64,000 nt of DNA. It comes from Chloroflexota bacterium. GTDB lineage: Bacteria; Chloroflexota; Anaerolineae; VGOG01. The notes beneath the pieces were generated by a model. It had not been told where the DNA came from. It searched no databases and was given only the letters and a program-made list of their open reading frames with translations. This document shows positions 1 through 7,941 of the stretch, piece by piece. The position numbers and the translations under genes were made by a program. Within the stretch, counting starts at the first letter, position 1, and every line of letters starts with the position of its first letter. Location: the NCBI GenBank assembly GCA_016875995.1, contig VGOG01000002.1:1595-65594 (forward strand), written 5' to 3'.

Positions 1-163
1 AGCCGCTGCCGTGGCCGAGCAGGAGGCGTAAATCTGGATTCCGGTCCAAAGCGGACCTGACTTCACGGGCGGCGCGACGGATAACGTCTTGATGGACAGT
101 CTCCTCTTGATTCTTATCGGTGATCAAGGAGCCGCCCAGTTTCAAGAAAACCAGTTCACTCAA
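1..163 (-). CDS. ipk: isopentenyl phosphate kinase (amino-acid-kinase superfamily), 5' part, runs off window edge
   Basis: Not in ORF track. TTG at 163 reads MSELVFLKLGGSLITDKNQEETVHQDVIRRAAREVRSALDRNPDLRLLLGHGSG; KLGGSxITDK and HGxG are IPK-type motifs. Confidence 0.8.
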   Translation of the reverse strand, partial: MSELVFLKLGGSLITDKNQEETVHQDVIRRAAREVRSALDRNPDLRLLLGHGSG

Positions 164-390
164 TCCTGACTTCCTCGCTCCCCTCCAGGCCCGTGCCTAT
201 CTCTGCCTCCTTGCCCAGGCCAACGACGCACCAGGCCAGGTTCGCCCTCAGGCCCGCCTCCTCGACCGCGGTAGCGACCTGGCCCATGTAGAAGTAGTGA
301 TCGGCGAAGCCCACCGTGCCTGAGCGGATTATCTCCGCGGCGGCCAGGGCTGTCCCCCAGCACACGTCCTCCTCCTGCAAAGCCGACTCA
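156..390 (-). pseudogene. internal fragment of MtaD/TrzA-like amidohydrolase (deaminase)
   Basis: AESALQEEDVCWGTALAAAEIIRSGTVGFADHYFYMGQVATAVEEAGLRA matches the middle of this family; the N-terminal HxH motif and C-terminal half are absent. Confidence 0.75.
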
Positions 391-496
391 GCATCTTGCT
401 CGAGATTAACCTCCCGTTGACGATTGACTTTGGCGTTTGGCATTGCGTCAGTAATTTTATCACAATTCGGCCCAAAAGAGAAGAAAACCCAGAACC

Positions 497-525
497 TTGA
501 CAAATTACTTAGTTTCACTTATAAT
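497..525 (+). promoter_or_regulatory. sigma70-type promoter
   Basis: TTGACA-17 nt-TATAAT, perfect consensus. Confidence 0.75.
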
Positions 526-709
526 ACTTCTAATTTTATTCTACTTTCATGTCCCCAAGGCGATGATGGCTTGAGGGGCGATGCCGCCACTTGATATGGG
601 CTATCACGATTTGGGGACTGTTTTAATAGCGGTCGGTTCTGACTTTCCCTGAAGGCAGTGTGCGATGGGAATTGTGGACGTGAAAGAAGGCAAGCGGGAG
701 AAATCGGAT

Positions 710-738
710 TTGTCTTTTTTCACTTTTGCTGTTATAAT
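710..738 (+). promoter_or_regulatory. sigma70-type promoter upstream of livK-like gene
   Basis: TTGTCT-17 nt-TATAAT with TG upstream of the -10. Confidence 0.65.
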
Positions 739-994
739 CCTCTAGAAGATCTCCCGGAAATGGGTAGTAGCCCAACCGCGTTGGGCGTCATCTGGCCTCA
801 AGCCTGCACTGAGCCTGGCGAAGTGACGGCTACCCGTCAGAAAGTCCCCCGTTTGACTTTCCGGGAAAGCTCTTCAGAAGAGGGGAGGTGATGAAGGCCT
901 TAGTTATGGTGTAACCAATCCATCCTGAGCTGGCTGCAGGATTGGGCTGCCTGTGGCTACTCGAAAATATCAAAGAACAAGGAGGAGAAAGGAA

Positions 995-2329
995 ATGAAG
1001 AAGTCACTTTTGTTAGCGGTTTTGGCCATCGGTTTGGTGGCAGCGGCTTGTGCCCCGCCCACGCCGGTGGTCGTCGAGAAGGAGGTTCCAGTCACCGTCG
1101 AGAAGGAAGTGGTCGTGGTCGTCACGCCTACACCGGAGCCCACGCCTGTTCCCCTTCCAGCCAAGGTGAAGATCGGCGTGGGAATCGATTTCACCGGTGC
1201 CTTGGCGGAGTTCGGCGCGGCCTTGAGGAATGGTTCAGACCTGGCGGCGAAGCACTTTGCGGAGGCGGGCTTCCCCATCGAGGTCAAGTACGCCGATACG
1301 GAGACCAGTGCCATGCCTGGGGTAGAGGCGGCCCGTACCCTGGTGGACGTGGAGAGGGTTCAGGCCCTCGTGGGATCGTTGGCCAGTGGTGTTACCATTC
1401 CCATAGCGGAGTCGGTCTGCATCCCCGGCCAGATCCCTCAGATCTCCCCTGCCTCCACCTCCCCTCTGCTCAGTGTACTGCCGGCCGATGAGGGGAAGGA
1501 CTTCCTCTTCCGAACCTGCCCCTCCGACGCCCTGCAGGGGGTGATCATGGGCAAGTTGGCCGCGGACCTTGGCTACAAGACGGTCGCGGTGCTGTACGTC
1601 AACAACGCCTACGGATTGGGGCTGGCGAAGCAGTTCCAGCAATCCTTCGAGTTCCGAGGAGGGAAGGTTACGGCGATGGTTCCTCACGACGAGGCGCCTG
1701 CGGCCACCTACGTGTCGGAACTGAGGAAGGCCGCCGAGGCTAAGCCTGAGGTTCTGGCAGCCATAAGCTACCCTGGCCATGCCACCGTCTACTTGAAGGA
1801 GGCCATAGAGGGGGGCTTTTTCACCAAATTCCTCTTCTGCGATGGCACCAAGTCCGTAGAGATGCCCGCGGCGGTGGGTCCGGAGCATCTGGCGGGATTC
1901 TTCGGCACCGTTGCTGCCCCCGCTATGGGGGATTCCTATAGCATATTCGTGGCTGAGTACATGGCGGTGTACGGCGCGCTTCCGCCTCTGCCCTACATAG
2001 ACGGCACCTACGATGCCGTCGCGGTAATTGGCCTGGCCGCAGCCGCGGCTGAGGCGAGAGGTTTGTCCATCACCGGGGTCAACATCCGCGACATGCTACG
2101 CGTGGTGGCGAATCCGCCGGGAGAAACGATCACCCCTGGGGCTGAGAGCATCAAGAAAGCCCTTGAACTCCTCAGGGAAGGGAAGGACATCAACTACGAG
2201 GGCGCTGCCGGATCGGTGGACTTTGATGAGAATGGCGATGTGGTAACTCCCATCATGGTCTGGAAGTACGTGGAGGAGCCACCATACGTAGTAACGGAGC
2301 GTGTGGAGATAGTCATCCCGCCCAAGTGA
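995..2329 (+). CDS. ABC transporter substrate-binding lipoprotein, Liv/BCAA family
   Basis: Lipobox AAAC, VEKEV/PT-rich linker, SPASTSP and FRTCPSD motifs, YEGAAGSVDFDENGD C-terminus; start chosen at ATG 995 after AAGGAGG. Confidence 0.9.
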   Translation: MKKSLLLAVLAIGLVAAACAPPTPVVVEKEVPVTVEKEVVVVVTPTPEPTPVPLPAKVKIGVGIDFTGALAEFGAALRNGSDLAAKHFAEAGFPIEVKYADTETSAMPGVEAARTLVDVERVQALVGSLASGVTIPIAESVCIPGQIPQISPASTSPLLSVLPADEGKDFLFRTCPSDALQGVIMGKLAADLGYKTVAVLYVNNAYGLGLAKQFQQSFEFRGGKVTAMVPHDEAPAATYVSELRKAAEAKPEVLAAISYPGHATVYLKEAIEGGFFTKFLFCDGTKSVEMPAAVGPEHLAGFFGTVAAPAMGDSYSIFVAEYMAVYGALPPLPYIDGTYDAVAVIGLAAAAAEARGLSITGVNIRDMLRVVANPPGETITPGAESIKKALELLREGKDINYEGAAGSVDFDENGDVVTPIMVWKYVEEPPYVVTERVEIVIPPK

Positions 2330-2344
2330 TCCAGGGGAGCGACA

Positions 2345-2388
2345 AAAAGAAGGCCGGCCACACAAGGTGGCCGGCCTTCTTTATTTTG
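2345..2388. terminator. bidirectional intrinsic terminator
   Basis: AAAAAGAAGGCCGGCCAC-loop-GTGGCCGGCCTTCTTTATTTT between convergent genes. Confidence 0.85.
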
Positions 2389-2397
2389 TTGGCAAAG

Positions 2398-2453
2398 TGC
2401 TCGTAGTAACCGCTTCAGCGGTCAGAAAGCCGCTAAAGCGGCCACTACGAGCA
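2398..2453. repeat. REP-like palindrome (GTAG...CTAC type)
   Basis: TGCTCGTAGT...ACTACGAGCA arms enclosing two CCGCT(TC/AA)AGCGG hairpins. Confidence 0.7.
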
Positions 2454-2455
2454 GT

Positions 2456-3421
2456 CTAAAACCTGGATACGTATCTTTCCTCGCCGATGATGCCCCTGGG
2501 CCTCCTCAAGAGGACGATCACCAGTACGAGGCCGATGAGGATAAAACGAATGTGGGGGGCGCGGGTTTCAAAGCCGGGGGGAACCACTTTGAGGATAAAA
2601 TAGGTGCTCCACGACCAGAGGGCCCAAACCAGGAAAGCCCCCAGGACCGCCCCCTTGTTGTTGCCAGTCCCCCCCACGGTGAGCATGGTCCAGATGATGA
2701 AGGTGCCGAACATAGGGGTGAAGAGACCTGGCTGGATGGCGGCCGAGAAATGGGCGTAAAGCGCTCCCGCTATCCCCATGATCATCGCCCCCACGACCAG
2801 GGATTGAAGCTTGAACAGGAACACGTCCTTCCCGTTGGCGCTGGCCATCACCTCGTCCTCCCTGATCGCCCGCAGCACTCTCCCCCAGGGAGAGCGAATC
2901 CCCTTCTCTACGGCGATGTAGATAAGCGCAAGAAAGGCGAGGACAATTGCCAGATAGAGGAAGTTGTAGTATTGGGGCGGAACCAGGCCGTGGAGGGGCT
3001 TAGGCAAACCAACCAGCCCCTCAGGGCCGTTGGCCAGCCAGGCCTCATTGTTGAAGAAGATGCGGATGGTCTCGGCGATGCCTATGGTGGAGATAGCCAG
3101 ATAGCCCGCCCTTAACCGCAGGGTGAGGAGACCTATCAACAGGGCCAGCAAGCCAGAGGCTATGGCCGCCCCCATCACTCCTACCAGGAACGGCTGATTC
3201 AAGCCAATTGCCTGAGTGACATAGTCAGCAAGCACTCCGGTGGGCTTGGGGGTGGTGATCAGCGCAGAGGTGTAAGCGCCGATAGCGAAAAAGCCGGCTA
3301 TGCCAAAGTTCAAAAGCCCCATGTAGCCCCAGTGGACGTTCAGTCCCAGGCTGAAGATGGCGTAGATGCCGGCCATGATGGCGAACGACGCCAGGAAGCT
3401 GAGAATCCCTCCGATTTCCAT
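2456..3421 (-). CDS. livM: BCAA-type ABC permease LivM
   Basis: GLLNFGIAGFFAIGAY, LRLRAGYLAI, SPWGRVLRAIREDE motifs; hydrophobic. Confidence 0.9.
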   Translation of the reverse strand: MEIGGILSFLASFAIMAGIYAIFSLGLNVHWGYMGLLNFGIAGFFAIGAYTSALITTPKPTGVLADYVTQAIGLNQPFLVGVMGAAIASGLLALLIGLLTLRLRAGYLAISTIGIAETIRIFFNNEAWLANGPEGLVGLPKPLHGLVPPQYYNFLYLAIVLAFLALIYIAVEKGIRSPWGRVLRAIREDEVMASANGKDVFLFKLQSLVVGAMIMGIAGALYAHFSAAIQPGLFTPMFGTFIIWTMLTVGGTGNNKGAVLGAFLVWALWSWSTYFILKVVPPGFETRAPHIRFILIGLVLVIVLLRRPRGIIGEERYVSRF

Positions 3422-3425
3422 TTAT

Positions 3426-4328
3426 CTACCTCCTTCCGAAAATCCCTTGCGGTCTGAACAGCAGGACGAGGACCATGATCATAAAGGCCACGGCTGGCTT
3501 GTAGGTGGGGAGCAACCAGGCTGTGGAGACCTGCTGAGCGATACCCATGACCAGCCCGCCCACCAGTGCGCCGGTGATGCTCCCCTGTCCTCCCAGGATA
3601 ACAGCGGCGAAGAGGGGGAGCAGGAAGATCCAACCCATCTCCGGGCGAAGCTGGGTCTGGATGCCGTAGAGGATGCCAGCAATGGCGATCAGCGTGCCAG
3701 CGATCGCCCAGACCCACACGGTCATCCGTTCCGTGCTTATACCCACCACGCGAGCCAACTCGGGGCTATCAGCTAAAGCCCGCAGGGCCTTGCCCATCTT
3801 CGTCTTTGCCAGGAATAGGTAGATCAAGGCCACCATGGTCCAGGCCACAACCAGGATGAATATCTCATCGGGCCTGACCTTGATCCCCAGGGGAAGGAAA
3901 AGCATACGACGCACGCCTGTAAAGTAGAAGTGAAAGTCGGGGCCCCAGAGGACGTATACCAGGCCGCGGAGGGCGAAAGCTATTCCTATGGAGGCAATGA
4001 AGCCAACAATGGATGTAGCCCCCCATTGCCTCAAGGGCCTGTAAACCCAGCGGTCAATCAGGATGGCCAGGCCGATGGACGCCAGGACGGCCGGTATAAC
4101 GGCCACCAGCAGCCCCCAACTGAAGGAAAAGGGCCCTACTTTTCCCTGGAGGAACCCCGCCCCGGAGAACAACGTTGCCACCAACAGGGCGACGTAGGCT
4201 CCCATGGTCATCTGGTCCCCGTGGGCGCAGTTAAATAGATCGAGAATGCTCCAGATCAAAGTAAGCCCTACGGTCCCCAGAGCGATGATGCTGCCCAGAA
4301 CGATCCCATAGACGATTAGCTCAGGCAT
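3426..4328 (-). CDS. livH: BCAA-type ABC permease LivH
   Basis: FNCAHGD, TKMGKALRALAD, FAAVILGG, RPQGIFG motifs. Confidence 0.9.
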   Translation of the reverse strand: MPELIVYGIVLGSIIALGTVGLTLIWSILDLFNCAHGDQMTMGAYVALLVATLFSGAGFLQGKVGPFSFSWGLLVAVIPAVLASIGLAILIDRWVYRPLRQWGATSIVGFIASIGIAFALRGLVYVLWGPDFHFYFTGVRRMLFLPLGIKVRPDEIFILVVAWTMVALIYLFLAKTKMGKALRALADSPELARVVGISTERMTVWVWAIAGTLIAIAGILYGIQTQLRPEMGWIFLLPLFAAVILGGQGSITGALVGGLVMGIAQQVSTAWLLPTYKPAVAFMIMVLVLLFRPQGIFGRR

Positions 4329-4331
4329 CTT

Positions 4332-5032
<701 letters not shown>

Positions 5033-5036
<4 letters not shown>

Positions 5037-5818
5037 GACCCTCCACCTCCCAGGTAAACTTCTAATACTTGTGGGTCGCAACTGATCTCCTCAGGGGAGC
5101 CTTCGCACAGCTTCCTGCCCCTGTCCATCACGATGATGGGGTCGCAGACATCCATCACCAGCTCCATCTCGTGTCCGATGAGGAAGACGGTCTTCCCTTC
5201 TTCGCTCACCAGCCGTCGGATGTGCTCCGCCAGCGTCCGCCTCTCGATAGGGTTCACTCCCGCTCCCGGCTCGTCGAACAGGATCAGCTCGGGATCGGCC
5301 ATCATGGTGCGGGCCAGCTCCAGGAGCCTCTTCTGACCCCCGGAGAGGTTGCTGGCGTATTCGTCCTTCAGGTGGAGCAATCCGACCGAGTCAAGGGCTT
5401 CCAGGGCCTTTTCCCTGATCTCGTTCTCCTGCCTCCTCACCAGTCGAGAGGTGAGCCAGGTCTTCCATATACGCTCCCCTTCCTGATCTGGAGGAACCAG
5501 CATCAGGTTCTCCAAGACCGTCATGAGCTTGAGCTCCCTGCTTATCTGAAACGTGCGGCAGAGGCCCTTCTGGAAGGTCTGGTGAAGGGAGAGGTTATCA
5601 ATCCTCTCACCTTTGAAGTAGATCTCCCCTGCATCCGCCTTATAGAGGCCGGAAATGACATTGAACAGGGTGGTCTTTCCTGCCCCGTTAGGCCCGATGA
5701 GGCCGGTGATGCGGTTGGGAGCCACATTGAGGGAGATGCCGTCAACAGCTTTTATGCCGCCAAAGTACTTGCGGATGTCACGTACAGAAAGAATGGGAGA
5801 ATCGTTGTTACCGCCCAA
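5033..5818 (-). CDS. livG: ABC ATP-binding protein LivG
   Basis: GPNGAGKTT, RTFQ, LSGGQKRLLELAR, DEPGAG, VYLG. Confidence 0.92.
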
Positions 5819-5883
5819 GGTGCACCTCCTTTCGATTGCGTCTTACTTAAACTCAAGCGCTGAATAGGGCTCAAACAGGGAAT

Positions 5884-5957
5884 ATTATACAGCAGTAGGC
5901 CGGATAAGTCAAATATTTTTTCCCAAAGTTGCATTTTGGTCCAGTATAGGTTATAAT
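5884..5957. promoter_or_regulatory. divergent sigma70 promoters (livG on -, trmI on +)
   Basis: Minus strand TTGACT-17-TATAAT (5912-5884); plus strand TTGCAT-17-TATAAT (5929-5957). Confidence 0.7.
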
Positions 5958-5991
5958 ATTAATAACCCTTCACGTGCCAGGAGGCGAGCCG

Positions 5992-6816
5992 GTGAACGTA
6001 GCCAGGGAAAAAGACCTGGTGTTCTTGATGAGCAAGGATAGGAAGAGCTTTATGGTACGCCTGGAGCCAGGCGCCCAGTTGCAAACTCACAGGGGAGTGA
6101 TAAGGCACGATGACCTCATCGGCCAACCGTTGGGTCGAGAGGTGCCGTCCCACCTGGGCTATCCCTTCCTCGTTCTACAACCCTCCACCCATGACTTGAT
6201 CCTGGACCTCAAACGCACTACTCAGATCATGTATCCCAAGGACATCGGCTACGTCCTGCTGAAGACGAACGTGGGGCCTGGCAGCAGGGTGGTGGAGGCC
6301 GGCACCGGCAGCGGTGGCCTCACTCTGGCCCTGGCCCGGGCGGTGATGCCCACGGGCCGGGTTTACTCCTACGAGGTGAGGCCCGACGTGTTGAATCTGG
6401 CCGCCAAAAACCTGGAGAAGTTGGGCCTGCGTTCCCTGGTGGAGCTGAAGGAGCGTGACATCCAGGAAGGGTTCGACGAGGTGGACGTTGATGCTCTCTT
6501 CCTCGACTTGCGAACCCCGTGGGAATATCTGGCCCAGGCCCACGCGGCTCTCAAGGGCGGCGGTTTCTTTGGCGCTACCTTGCCGACCACCAACCAGGTG
6601 GTGTGGCTGATCAGGGCCCTGCCGGAGCATGGCTTCTCCGCCGTCGAAGTCGAGGAGTTGCTACTGCGTCCCTACAAGGCGGTCTCGGCCCGCCTGCGGC
6701 CCATGGATCGGATGGTGGCTCACACCGGCTACTTGATTTTTGCCCGCAAGATAGAACGGGAGGCTGGCACTTTGGCTGCCGCTGAAGAAGGCAGCCTGTC
6801 AATAATAAGCAATTGA
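5992..6816 (+). CDS. trmI: tRNA (adenine-58-N1)-methyltransferase
   Basis: QIMYPKD, VEAGTGSG, FLDLRTPWE, MVAHTGYL motifs; GTG after AGGAGG. Confidence 0.92.
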   Translation: MNVAREKDLVFLMSKDRKSFMVRLEPGAQLQTHRGVIRHDDLIGQPLGREVPSHLGYPFLVLQPSTHDLILDLKRTTQIMYPKDIGYVLLKTNVGPGSRVVEAGTGSGGLTLALARAVMPTGRVYSYEVRPDVLNLAAKNLEKLGLRSLVELKERDIQEGFDEVDVDALFLDLRTPWEYLAQAHAALKGGGFFGATLPTTNQVVWLIRALPEHGFSAVEVEELLLRPYKAVSARLRPMDRMVAHTGYLIFARKIEREAGTLAAAEEGSLSIISN

Positions 6817-6843
6817 TCAACAGAAGAAGGAGAGTGAAACGGG

Positions 6844-7131
6844 ATGGGCAAGGTCAGACGGCTGGTGTTGGATGTTTTGAAGCCCCACGAGCCTACGATC
6901 ATTGAACTGGCGCAACATTTGAGCGTGCTCCCAGGAGTGGAGGCGGTCAACATCAGCATCTACGAGATTGACCGCCGGGTGGAGAACGCCAAGATCACCA
7001 TCGAGGGCAGCGATATCATCTACGAAAGCGTGATAAAGATGATCCAGGAGAACGGCGGCACGGTGCACTCCATTGACGAGGTGGTGGCGGGCAAGATGAT
7101 CATTGAGGATGCGGTGACACCGCAGGACTAA
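6844..7131 (+). CDS. DUF211 family protein
   Basis: RRLVLDVLKPHEP and VHSIDEVVAG signatures. Confidence 0.85.
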   Translation: MGKVRRLVLDVLKPHEPTIIELAQHLSVLPGVEAVNISIYEIDRRVENAKITIEGSDIIYESVIKMIQENGGTVHSIDEVVAGKMIIEDAVTPQD

Positions 7132-7170
7132 GAGCCTGTTTGATGCTTTTCGGATAGGTGCTGAGCGCAG

Positions 7171-7767
7171 ATGGGATTTTTAGCGCGCAAGCTAGACGAA
7201 CTCAGAGAATACGGCGCTATCGCCAGTGTGGGCGGGATCGCCCGGCGCTACTTGGCCATGAACGCCTTCGATGGGGTGCTGACCATCATCGGCGTCCTGA
7301 TGGGCAACTACGCCGCTCACGTGCGCGATCCGACCATTGTCATCGTCACGGGCACGTCCACCTGTATAGCCATGGGGGTTTCGGGGCTGTGGGGGGCTTA
7401 CCTGACGGAGGCCGCCGAGCGGAAGAGGGAACTGGATGACCTGGAGAGTCACACTTTGACCGATCTCAGCATGACAAAGATTGGTCTTGCCTCGCGGGTA
7501 GCAGTGATCGTCGTGGCCTTAGTGAATGCTCTGGCCCCGTTCCTCGCGGCGCTGGTGGTGCTATTGCCTTTCTTTTTCAGTAACCTCCTGGCCGACATCG
7601 TCCTCAGCTACTACGTCTCCCTGGGCATGGCCTTGGCGGTCCTCTTCGCCATAGGAGTTTTTCTGGGCAGCGTGTCCCAGGAGAGCCTGATCATCTCAGG
7701 CTTGAAAATGATAGGGGCGGGGCTGGTTTCCATCTTGTTGAGCTACTTTTTGGGTCGTGGATTCTGA
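7171..7767 (+). CDS. VIT1/CCC1-like membrane protein
   Basis: RRYLAMNAFDGVLT, GAYLTEAAER, about 5 TM segments. Confidence 0.75.
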   Translation: MGFLARKLDELREYGAIASVGGIARRYLAMNAFDGVLTIIGVLMGNYAAHVRDPTIVIVTGTSTCIAMGVSGLWGAYLTEAAERKRELDDLESHTLTDLSMTKIGLASRVAVIVVALVNALAPFLAALVVLLPFFFSNLLADIVLSYYVSLGMALAVLFAIGVFLGSVSQESLIISGLKMIGAGLVSILLSYFLGRGF

Positions 7768-7870
7768 AAGCATCCAGGTTGGTCTGCGAGTAAGGCCGAT
7801 ACCGAAAACAGCGCGAGGAACTCGAAAGCCTTGCATAAATCGGCTCCAGTGATTAGGAGAGCCCTTTCCT

Positions 7871-7940
7871 GCTATCGAGGGGCGTCTTCGCCCGAGAGCT
7901 TGCAAAGGCCCAGAACGGGGCGGGGACGCCCTCGAGAGCA
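7871..7940. repeat. REP-like palindrome (family D, AGGGGCGTC...GACGCCCT)
   Basis: Long imperfect hairpin between convergent genes; related copy at 37197-37254. Confidence 0.65.
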
Positions 7941-7941
7941 A

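Noticed and set aside
445-470. Recurring TCACAA half-sites as Rex operators (also 33282, 63560)
   Set aside because: No full TTGTGAA-N4-TTCACAA palindrome.
1060-1160. GTCGAGAAGGA repeat in the binding protein
   Set aside because: Codon-period VEKEV linker repeat common in such lipoproteins, not a DNA element.
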